Assembly (NCBI GenBank): GCA_048128005.1
Contig: JBEUKZ010000010.1
Location: forward strand, 620,001-684,000
From: Veleropilina oligotropha
Taxonomy: Eukaryota
Length of the DNA stretch: 64,000 nt
Reading direction: 5' to 3'
Shown here: piece after piece, positions 38,277 through 48,637 of the stretch
Numbering within the stretch: position 1 is the stretch's first letter
How the letters are laid out: each line of letters opens with the position of its first letter
Program-made: the position numbers and the translations under genes
Notes under the pieces: generated by a model
Seen by the model: the letters and a program-made list of their open reading frames with translations, nothing else
The model's database searches: none
What the model was told of the DNA's origin: nothing

Positions 38277-39500
38277 ATGAAGGTCATAGATGGTGCAGGA
38301 TTAGTGCACGTTTTGGAACCAAAGAGGTCAACAGTTTTGATCAAGACATTTAGTGATTATGCACAACATGCGTTTATGCCATATCTTCACAGAGAGCTTA
38401 ATACGACACAGAGGGTGGATGTTGTGTTCGATGTTTACAGAAACGATAGCTTGAAAAGTCACGTGAGACAGAACCGGGGTGAAGGCGTAGCACTCCGCGT
38501 TGCTGGTAATACCGTCATGCCTGCAAACTGGAAGTCCTTCCTTCGAGTCGACTCAAACAAAACAGCCCTGTTTTCTTTTCTGGCGAACGTGATAAAATCG
38601 GCTAATGTTCCAGAAGGCAAAATCTTGCTTTCCACGGAATGCGAGAATATTGTCTCCTCAACTCCATCGGATGTATCAACTCTTCAACCTTGTACTCATG
38701 AAGAGGCAGACTACAGAATGCTGCTACATGTAGCGCATGGTTACCATCAGGGATTCCGGCATTTTCTAATTCAGGCAACTGATACCGATGTTCTGGTTTT
38801 AGCTGTTGCAGCAGCCAGTGCTATGACTGGTTGTACTTTGTGGTTGGCTTTTGGTCACGGTACAAAGTTTCGGTACATTTCAGCTCACGCAATTGCAGCT
38901 CATTTGGGAACTGACTGGTCGTGGGGATTGCTCTTTCTACATGCTGTGTCGGGTTGTGATACCGTTTCGTTCCTTCACGGAATAGGAAAGAAGACAGCAT
39001 GGGATGTTTGGAGGTCACTTCCACAGCTTGCACCTCTTTTTAAAAAGCTGTCTCATGCGCCCAGTGTAGTATCACAGAATGACATGGACCAACTGGAGAG
39101 GTATGTTGTGCTTTTGTACAGTCGTACTTCATCATTGAATTCTGTGAATGAGGCTCGTAAACACCTCTTTGCGTACGGCAATCGTAAGCTCCAAAATATA
39201 CCCCCAACACATGGAGCTCTTCAGCAGCATATACAGCGTGCTGCCTACCAGGCTGGTCATATTTGGGGACAGATGTTCGTAGCAAATCCAACTTTACCAT
39301 CACCACAAGCATGGGGCTGGAAACGAGAGGTTGATGACATTTGGACGCCTGTGTGGACTTCTCTCCCCGAAGCATCAAAGGCATGCCGTGAATTAATAAA
39401 ATGCCAGTGCAAAAAGAACTGTACCGGACGATGTAAATGCTCCAAATCAAACCTTCCATGTACTCAGTTATGTTTTTGTGCTGGACAATGTACCAATTAG
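38277..39500 (+). CDS. XPG/FEN1(PIN)-like nuclease with C-terminal CxC/Cys-rich zinc finger (C-terminal part of an Academ protein), 407 aa
   Basis: Motifs VIDG, VVFD-Y, HEEAD, DTDV, GCD-x-S-x3-GIGKKTAW (H3TH-like), PPT, GW and CxCxxxCxGxCxCxxxxxxCxxxCxCxGxC. Uninterrupted frame. Confidence 0.8.
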   Translation: MKVIDGAGLVHVLEPKRSTVLIKTFSDYAQHAFMPYLHRELNTTQRVDVVFDVYRNDSLKSHVRQNRGEGVALRVAGNTVMPANWKSFLRVDSNKTALFSFLANVIKSANVPEGKILLSTECENIVSSTPSDVSTLQPCTHEEADYRMLLHVAHGYHQGFRHFLIQATDTDVLVLAVAAASAMTGCTLWLAFGHGTKFRYISAHAIAAHLGTDWSWGLLFLHAVSGCDTVSFLHGIGKKTAWDVWRSLPQLAPLFKKLSHAPSVVSQNDMDQLERYVVLLYSRTSSLNSVNEARKHLFAYGNRKLQNIPPTHGALQQHIQRAAYQAGHIWGQMFVANPTLPSPQAWGWKREVDDIWTPVWTSLPEASKACRELIKCQCKKNCTGRCKCSKSNLPCTQLCFCAGQCTN

Positions 39501-40675
39501 TGAAACAGTATAACACCGATCTTCTAGTATTCCATAATTGGTATCGAATAACCCAATTGTCATTTTGTTATGTCAAGTGATTCCAAATAATATGCATCAC
39601 GGCTCATTGTTTCAGGTTGATGTCATTTTCCTTGTTTTTGTTTTATATATCCAATCCTATTCCGCGAATTACATGCCTCAGTCAAGGCCAGATTGAGACC
39701 GTGCTGACCATGACGTCATTAGCATACCTTTGTCCACTATACACTATTTGTACTGATTATTGTGGAGCTTTTGTGTAGAATAACATAGTCTGATGCAGTG
39801 ATGGGTGTCGCATGCGAAACAGGGGTGATTACCCACGTGACCCCACTCTCCGTATGGCGGGTTCGCTGCCATCAATGTGTTTTGGACTTTCACCGATTTT
39901 GTCTGTCCCTGGATTACGAATTTGTCTAACGGATTATTGAATTTGATTGCTCGGAAAGTAACGGTTTCCCAAATTTGGCGGCCATCTTGGATTTTCGTTG
40001 ATTAGAAATATCTCAAATGTTAATAGCTTGATTATATTGACTAGTGTAGAGCTCACTCTCTGACAAAACGTTTGGTTAGCCCTTAAGAAGGCTTTTTTAT
40101 GTCAATCAGTTAAAAAATGACAAGCCACATTTTTGTTAATCTCAAATTTGGCGGCCATCTTGGATTTCTGTTAATTAGAAATATCCCAAATATTATTATT
40201 TTGATTCTGTTGACTAGTGCAGAGTTCACTCTCTGGCCAAACGTTTGGTTAGCCCCCAAGAAAGCTTGCTTAATGTCAATTGGTTAACAAATTACAAACC
40301 ACCCCTTTTAAATCCCAAATTTGGCGGCCATCTTGGATTTTCGCTAATTAGAAATATCCCAAATGTTAATATTTTGATCCTAGTCAATAGCTTACAGGTC
40401 ATACTCATTAAATAAACAATAAAATAAACATTCTGTGCTATTTCGGTCACCCATTTGCAAGCTTTATGAATTTTCGCGATTTTTGTGGCGGCCATTTTGA
40501 AATCGGCCATTTTGAATGGGAAGCACTCATTTTACGACTTGTCTCCTGATCGCTATGGATTCAGCATACCCAAAAACCCTTATATACGAAATTTCATGCT
40601 TTCTGCCGGAAGTGCACTACTCTGGTGTAATATGTCACATATCCGCCCCACTACTACCTACCCGTGTACGTAGCT

Positions 40676-42888
40676 ATGCTGCATTGCAGTGTTTCCGGGT
40701 GCAGACAGAAAATCCGTGGGTTTGACAGGCACTCCGAATGCACTCTTCACCGTGTTTGTTTTAGCGATAAAAACCATCCATGTGAGCATTGTTCTGTACT
40801 GACGAATCGGCAGTGGGAGATTCTTTTCCCACCGGAGAAGACGACCAGGGCATCTTCTCCCGATGGGACATCCACCGAGAAGCTCCAGAGATTAGAGACA
40901 GGCTTTAATCCTTTGATTTCTCTTTCAGATCCTCTCGGTGATAGCCGTGTTGGGGCCGACGGAACCTCTGAGACTTTGGGGAAAGTCCCAGAATCTTCGT
41001 CGGGGTCCCAGATTCAGATAAGAGCCCGAGTGCAGACCGACTCCTCTCCTTTGGGCCTAGTAACCGCTGCTCAAAGTATCTTGCCAGCCAGTAAGATACG
41101 TCGAGCGCTGCGGCGAAAAGCTGAGCAGGGCAGACAAAACCTTTCCTCTCCTCCGGCCTCGGAGGAGCAAGGCAGCGTTAGTCCTTCTGCTGGTCTAGTC
41201 GCTTCTGAACAAGAAGCGAAACGACTGGCAGAGAAAGTCGATATAATTGCTGGGCACCACGAAAGTGGTCGAAGTTCCAGACGCTCGACGACACCCGTCC
41301 TCTCGTCCGACAACGGCGCTAGTTTAAAGACTAATCCCGCCACCGTCGGAGCCCACGAGAATGATGTAAGGCCCATTACCTCTGACGGTTCTTTTCAAGA
41401 CGTCCTAGGCGGTGTGGTAGGATCGGCTGCGCTCGGGGCTGAGGTCTACGGCGGGTATTCCCACGTACCTCACTCGAGCAGGGTTACAGACCCGTATGGA
41501 CTGTGGTCGCAGTCCTACGGGCCATTCGCACCAGTTAACGTGCCTTCGGGCCGGTTCCCTGGCAGCGGTTTCCCGACAGGTAACCCGAGACCCTGGTACT
41601 CGGCTCCACCTGTCCGTGCAGCCCGTCCACCAAGCGCTACGGTAACCTCGAGCGGACCAATGGCTGTTGGTCCGACGTCCGTCATGCCTCCGGGTTTCTC
41701 TTTTGAGAGCGTCCAGGCTATGATTGCGGCGGAAGTCGAGTCTCGTTGTAGGTCCTGGCTACCCAGCCGCCCCAGGTCCCAACGTCTCTGACCGTAACGC
41801 CGGGCTCGGCTCATGCTTCGGTGATGGAAGTAGATCTTCGTTCCGACGAGGACAGCACTTCTACTCACTCTGACCTCCCTGAATCGGTCGGACCAGACGA
41901 CTCTTGTAGTCTGTCTGGCATGCATGAAGCCGTCTCCGCCACCCGCCGAAGATACGACGCTGTCGCGTCGCTTCGCGGGGTGCTGGACTTGCTCGACCCG
42001 GCTCAGCCGGTAAGCGTAGTCAGGCACAGGACAGCGGCACGTCGGTTTGATGGGACGGAAGCCCCCCTGCTTCCTACCCTCCCCCAGTCTGGGTTGGTCT
42101 CGCTCGTCCTCGACTCGACGACCAAATCCATTCAGGGGACCAAATCGGTGGAGACTTCCTCGTTAACGGAGTACCCTAGTGGTCTGCGTAAGGGAAAGTA
42201 CCTCCGACCCAGTAGGCGTCCGATTCCGATCGGATGCTCTGGGACGTGTCTGGAGACTGAGCCGGTTCAGATCGATGCAGCGATGCGTCGACTGTCGGCC
42301 AGCACAGCTCCCTCAGTGGTCAAAGTTCCATGGGCCGCCATGGAGGGCTTTGAGAGCTCCGCCCGTCGAGCTCTACGGCATGCCTCTATCCAGGATTTCT
42401 TCCTAGACGGAGCCATCACCGTACTACAAGAGGACGGACCCCTCGCTCGAGAGATCGCACTGTCCTTCCTCGAAGAGGTTGCCGCCTCCACGGAGAACTC
42501 CGCGTCGGAGTCAGCCCGATCCTTAGGCAACGCTGTCCTACTTCGTAGAGACGCGTGCCTAGACGGCACCACGTTAGACGACGCCACCCGGCAGTCTCTG
42601 CGTTGTGTACCGTTGTCGGCCTCTACTCTCTTCGAATTTGTCCCCGAATTTGTCGAGAAGAGAGCGGCTGACCTAAAGGATCGTGCGATAGAGAAAGCAG
42701 TCTTGGCTACTCCTCGGAGTACGCCGGCTGCTGCCTCAAGGAAGCACTCGGGACCGTCCCGGTCTCATAAGCCTTCCAAGCGTGCTAAACCTTCGCATAG
42801 TGGGCCTTCTCAGGCCAAGAAATCTATCACGAAAACGGCACCTCCGACGAAATCCCGTCAGAGCGGGAGAGGGAAGCCGCGGCCCTAG
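40676..42888 (+). pseudogene. DIRS ORF1 (gag-like, N-terminal Cys/His finger), frameshifted near 41765
   Basis: MLHCSVSGC..DRHSECTLHRVC..PCEHC..QW and LLRRDA motifs. About 7 bp are missing relative to copy 2, shifting the frame between the 40664 and 41821 ORFs. Confidence 0.85.
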
Positions 42889-44806
42889 GGTTGCCGGCGC
42901 TCGCGACGAGCCCAGTTGCACGCTTCCGCCGGTGGGAGCGTGTCTGTTAGAGTACAGCCTGTCCTGGCTGGAAATGACAGAGGACAACTGGGTTAACTCA
43001 GTCGTGAGTGCCGGATACAAGTTGGCATTCGACCGGCATCCAACCCTAGACGCGACACCACCACCAGGACGCGCTCGTCTCCTGATAAGAGAAAAGCAAG
43101 CCGTCCTAGACCAGGCAGTGCGGGACTTACTCTCAAAGAGAGCGATCTATCCCGCGCCGCCCAGCACACCAGGATATTACAGCCACTTTTTCCTGGTCCC
43201 GAAACCCGATGGCCGTTGGCGACCGATCCTCGATCTGTCATTCCTCAACCAGTATCTTCGTACCGAGAAGTTCAAGCAAGAAACACTCTCGAAGATACGA
43301 ACGGCCATCCGTCCGGGCGACTGGGCAGCGTCTATCGACTTGACCGATGCGTACCTACACGTTCCGATGCATGTCTCGGCTCACCGGTACCTACGGTTTG
43401 TCCACGGGGGAACGGTCTACCAATTCAGGTGTCTACCGTTCGGTCTATCGTCAGCCCCGTACGTCTTCACGCGGGTAGTACAGGCTCTCGGGGCCTTCCT
43501 ACACTCGCAAGGGCACAGAGTACACATGTACCTCGACGACTGATTGATTCTCGGGGCGTCCCGGGATCAGTGCCTCCAGTCGATGAGCGTTACCCTGTCA
43601 TCGGCGAAGCGCCTAGGATTACAGATCAACAACGAGAAATCCTGCTTCGTGCCCTCGACGACGTTTACATTTCTAGGGGTCGAATTCGACACGGTCCGGT
43701 ACACCGCGAAACCGACTCAGAAACGTATAGAGAACCTACGCGCAGTTATACTGGAAACGAAGTCTTCACGGATAACTACAGCGCGACGACTGGCCACTGT
43801 CCTAGGGCACATCGAGTCGGTAGCTCCCCTGTTACCGACGGGTCGCATGGACAAACGACCGTTGCAGCAGGCCTTCAAGGACCGCTGGATACAACGTACG
43901 GGACAGTGGACGGATCGCATCGATCTACGGCATTGGTTCAATCGCACGACAGCAGTGTGGCTGAACACTACCCTGCCGAGCCAGTCGGTTCCGATATCCC
44001 CCCCAGAACCGATAGCCTACCTCTTCACGGACGCGTCAAACGAGGGCTGGGGAGGTCACCTCGACAGTCACGAGACATCGGGCCTTTGGCCTACGGACCT
44101 GCAGGGACGACACATAAACTTTCTCGAGTTAGAAGCCGTCTACCTGTCAGTACGGTCCCTCTCGTCACATCTCCGCAACAAGCACATAATGCTAGCAACG
44201 GACAACACGACTGTCGTCGCGTACATTCAGCACCAGGGCGGCACTCGCTCCCGTCCGCTTTGCGACCGAGCGATCGACCTACACCGCCTAGTGATGTCCC
44301 TCAACTCGACAATTCGAGCCCGACACATCCCGGGGAAGCTGAATGTCAGAGCGGATACGCTCTCTCGGAAAACACAGATCATACACACAGAGTGGACGCT
44401 ACACGCCCGTGTAGCCCGAGATGTCTGTCGCCTGTGGTCGCAGCCTCAAGTCGATCTATTCGCAACCGAATACAATCACCGACTCCCTCTCTATGTGTCT
44501 CCTTACCCGGACCCGGCCGCTATAGCGGTCGACGCTCTGTCAATGAGATGGGAGAATCTGATCGCCTACGCCTTTCCGCCGTCGTGCATGCTGCCACAAG
44601 TACTACGGAAAGCAACCCGCGAAGACTGCGAGTTGACGCTAATAGCACCCCTACAACGCACGCAGTCCTGGTTTCCGACACTTCTGGATCTACTCATCGA
44701 TCAGCCACTAGCGCTCCCGCAGATGACAGACCTGTTATCGCAACCACGCAGTCGGGTCCTACACCCGTTGGCGAACGAGTTTCACTTTCACGCCTGGCGA
44801 CTATAG
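42782..44806 (+). pseudogene. DIRS pol: reverse transcriptase, RNase H and Dam-like methyltransferase domain, with a nonsense codon at 43541-43543
   Basis: RT motifs WRPILDL, IDLTDAYLH, LPFGLSSAP and YLDD* (TGG in copy 2). RNase H motifs FTDAS, HINFLELEAV, TDNTT and HIPGKLNVRADTLSR. MTase motifs VDLFAT and YAFPP. Confidence 0.92.
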
Positions 44807-45882
44807 AGAGATCGCTCATTAAGAAAGGCTTTTCTAGAGCGACAGCCCAGCGCATCTACCGATCTAGAAGGCAATCTACAACAAAGGTATACGACTAACG
44901 ATGGAAGAAATTTGTGGATTGGTGTCGCGGGCGGCAAGTCAATATTTTCCGCCCCCCCCCCCCTGTGACAAAATTTATTGAGTTTTTGTCGTCGTTGCTT
45001 GAACGTGGAATGTCTATTTCCGCGGTCAAAGGCTACCGATCATGCGTAGCAACGACGTTACGACAATGCCGCGAGCACACCCGCTTGTCTACCGACAAAA
45101 CAATATCGGACTTTATACGCTCCTACCAACTCGAATGCCCTATTCAGCAGGTGCGGCCGCCTGCGTGGAATATTATGTTGATTCTCAATGCTTTACTTAG
45201 ATGCCCGTTCGAGCCTATGAGTGAATGTTCCCTGAAAAATCTCACTTATAAGACCGTACTACTTACCGCTCTCGCCACCGGTAATCGGGCATCGGAGATA
45301 CACGCATTATCCGGAGAGCTGCGAGATATACACTTCCACACCGATGGGTCATTGACGCTGCATACAGTCCTTGGCTTCCTAGCGAAGACACAAAGACCTG
45401 AAGATATCTGTCCCGAGGTTTGTATCCGTAACCTCTCCATGTTGGGTAGAGACGATATCGACCGGCTGAACTGCCCCGTTCGTGCGCTGAGATTCTACCT
45501 GGATCGGACCCGTGACCTACGGCACGGCAAAAAGCGTTTATTCGTAAGCCACATGCCTCAATTCCACCGCGACATTCGCAAATCGACTGTATCACGTTGG
45601 ATAGTCTCTGTTGTAAAATAAATTTACAAGCTGTCCGACGAGCCAGACCGAGATCTCGTTTCAATTCACGCGCATGAAACACGGGCCTTAGCGACGTCCT
45701 TGGCCTTCAAGTATAATTTAAATATCAATGCAATCTTGAAGGCTGGTTATTGGAAGAGTGCTAATACGTTTGTTCGCTTTTACCTGCGTGATTACGCAAC
45801 CACGGCATCTGGCGAACATAGAATTTACTTTGTCGCAGCCAATCAGCAATGTATTAGAGGATCTAGGTCATCCTTGCAGTGA
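43216..45882 (+). pseudogene. DIRS ORF3, tyrosine recombinase, with a long N-terminal frame overlapping pol; stops at 44896-98 and 45619-21
   Basis: ATGNRASEIHAL (catalytic R), CPVRAL, HETR (HxxR) and GYWKSANTFVRFY (catalytic Y). Copy 2 has TAC where copy 1 has TAA at 44896. Confidence 0.9.
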
Positions 45883-46675
45883 ATGGTATAATGAATAGTA
45901 CCAGGAAACTGAGGTAATGTAATGTAATTCTATTTGTGTACATCGTAAACACCCTTAGAATTTACTCCAATGTTATTTCTTTCTTAAACTTATTAAGAAA
46001 TTGAAATTATCTATTCAAACTGAGTTAATATGAAATTAATGCTCACATTGGATGCAAACATTTATATTACGAAATCTTAAAAATGTTTTTTGTAAATAAT
46101 ATTATTTTTAAAAAATGTTCTACTTGCTGTCGCAGAACATTTCAATGTTCTTACATTGGAAAATTTTAATATTATTCTCTACTTAAAATTATTTAAGTAA
46201 CATGTTATCATGTTGACATTTTGCAAGATGGACATGCAAAATTTTTATTATTTCAAGATGAAGTTAATGATATTCTTCAATCTATTAATAATTGTCACGG
46301 TTTTATAGCACAATAAACCTGCCTAGGTTCGGGTGCCTCTAAAAACCACGTCTTGCAGTTTTCTGTCTGCCGACCTTTGAGTCCGGAATATTCAGATCAC
46401 TGTTTTTGCCCATGACACGAGTGCCTCAAGGTATACCTTCCGCACGGTGTCCGGAGCTACATGCACTTTCGTGTTACCTGTCCGACTAACATCCCTGGCG
46501 TGTTTTCCCAGATTTCTTGGTCGAAATCTCACCCCGGGGTAAGAGTAGATTTGATGCGCAGTAAAATCCACTCTGAACGGACTCGATCTCAACGCTAAAA
46601 GCGTCGTCTTCTGGTAACAAGTAAGTTCTAATTTTGGTATATGGAACTTATAACTCCGCCAACCAAAGTTATTCT

Positions 46676-46766
46676 TGGCATTAGTAAGGACGTAAGTATA
46701 TTTGATATAGATAGGAGGATTAAGGGTAATCCCCTTGTATCTATAATAATATACTTACGTCCTTAC
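46676..46766. other. DIRS internal complementary region (ICR)
   Basis: Reverse complement of [right end ...CCTCC-TAT-CTATATCAAATATACTTACG... left end]. The junction ATA lies at 46711-46713. Confidence 0.92.
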
Positions 46767-48637
46767 CCACTTGGCCCACCCTGCTTCGCACCTCCCCTCT
46801 TATATAAGTTCTTTGCCTTGGGGTTTGCTAAAACTTCGGATGAGGTCATGACCTTTTGGTCACGAGGATCTCGCGGGTGTTGGCGAGCTCTTCATTAGTC
46901 ATGAACTTGAGGAGGTCAGTGGGTCAACTGGGTTAAATTTACTAAAAGTGCGAAAATTACCATTTCCACCTTGTCCGGATTTAGCGATAATAGGCTTATT
47001 ATGGCATTAGTAAGGACGTAAGTATATTATTATAGATACAAGGGGATTACCCTTAATCCTCCTATTAGGTTTTAATGACTTTTATTATGCAAATCTATCA
47101 TCCCGTATACAGGTGCCTGTGATTTGATATATTGTCATTAACTCCCCATATTGATAAGTCGTTAAGTATTTTGGCTGGTAGCACAATTCTTCTATGAATT
47201 GTAGTGGGTAAAATAATGTTCAATTATTTAATTGTGATATTTTAAAGGTTAATTAAGTTCACAAAAAGTATGTTTTTGTTCGTGATAAATGTTCTTGCAA
47301 AGTGAAGGAACGATCCTCACATTTCTAGGGATCATATATCCCAGAAATGGATTAATGAATTGATACTATAAATTTTGATGACCACTCCAACAATTGTTCA
47401 GTCATAATCTTGATGGTCATTTTTTATTTATTATATTAATTGATTCTGAGAAGGCGTCTTGTCGTAACTACTCATTCCAGCTGTCATCCTTGAATAAAGC
47501 ATGAATATATTTCTATTTTGTAATAATAAATACAATATATTTAGTGATGTTTGCACCAAAAATTTCTTCAAATGTTAGCTGAACATTTTTGCCAGGATTT
47601 ACAGCACACCGGATGATGCAATCAGGAAATAGTGCCGCGTTTCCAGTCCATCGAGTTACGTTCTTTCAGGCTTTGTCCGCTGTCCGTCACATTTGCTGCT
47701 GTTGACGTATTCATACAAGCCTCCTTGACAACGTGGTGATCCTCACATCAACTTGATTTTAGCATTTAAATCATCCAATCAATAGCCATTCAGTCTGCAA
47801 AATGTTGCTTGTCAGTACCTGTCAATTGTGAATGTCTTTGAAAATGGAGCATTGTGCGTCGTATAATATGCTGAAAATTAAATCATATAGTAAATGAGCA
47901 TCATGCAAGTAATGAAATAAATTATACCATACTTTTTATATTAAGTAATTGGTTTATTTTGAATTGTATTGCTAGTCAGTATAAGTCAGGCAGCCAGCCA
48001 TTTATGAAGTCCACCAGTGTACATGTACCAGGCCTTGTATTGTGGTGCAGCTGGATGTGATCAGAGCATATATATTTCAATCCACTTGTCCGTCTGTGCA
48101 TGCTTGTTCGTGTAAGATTGTACTCCTGGTTGAAGACACTATGCGATGGATGCGTAACCAAATTCACCATATATTCCAGGATTAACTTCATGGATTATAA
48201 CATATGGACATGACCTGAGATGATAAACAGACAATACTTCATTGGGTTGAGATAATTCAAACCTAATTTTGATTGGGATTTATAGTTGTCCTGTTCAAAA
48301 TGTCACTATAATCACAACAGCCCGAAAGGTTAGATGAAACTCACCCTTCACAGTCAGGTATGGGCCACTGTGACTGTTAGGTCTGCAAGGACTTTGAACA
48401 CTCCTTCTTCTTCTTCTTCCTCCTCCAGGAAAGTGCGACCTCAAATGATCGAGGACAAATGCACTCTCTACCAATACTCAACGACCATTTGTTAATTGGT
48501 GCAAGCATCTTAAATATTTTGACATAAAACATGACCTAATCTGCTTCTAGGGATATTAATACTCAATCCTTTTACAGCTTATTATTGCTTGATCGAACGT
48601 CACCTAAATTTCTACCTGCAGATCACGTTATTTGATG

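Larger units (their letters stand above)
36258..40653 (+). mobile_element. Academ (AcademX-like) DNA transposon derivative, fold-back with ~2-kb arms
   Basis: Termini TAGTGGGGCGGATATGTGA / TCACATATCCGCCCCACTA with 3-bp TSD CTA (36255-57, 40654-56). Arms 36258-38276 and 38625-40653. Encodes an XPG-like nuclease plus a Cys-rich C-terminus, as in Academ proteins. Confidence 0.8.
35279..47065 (+). mobile_element. DIRS1-type tyrosine-recombinase retrotransposon, full length, disabled (copy 1)
   Basis: ITRs at 35290-35487 and 46830-47028. ICR 46676-46766 is complementary to both joined ends. TAT at both termini. gag, RT/RH/MT and YR frames present. Confidence 0.95.
33245..47121. mobile_element. 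Non-autonomous P- or hAT-type DNA transposon with ~450-bp TIRs (~1 kb when nested inserts are removed)
   Basis: Ends CATAGGCAC / GTGCCTGTG with 8-bp TSD ATTTGATA (33237-33244, 47122-47129). 33245-33309 pairs with 35273-35281 plus 47066-47121. 33829-34213 pairs with 34379-34742. Confidence 0.85.

Noticed and set aside
36258..40653. Fold-back as a pure assembly artefact
   Set aside because: Distinct left and right tips, an internal mismatch, a TSD and continuous DIRS sequence on both sides argue that it is real. Read-level confirmation is still needed.
41071..43241. Antisense ORFs within the DIRS (also 59615-63259)
   Set aside because: Shadow ORFs of GC-rich coding sequence with no recognisable motifs.
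44400..45882. Bacterial or phage integrase plus Dam methylase (contamination or HGT)
   Set aside because: Both domains are standard DIRS1 components lying within the ITR/ICR boundaries.
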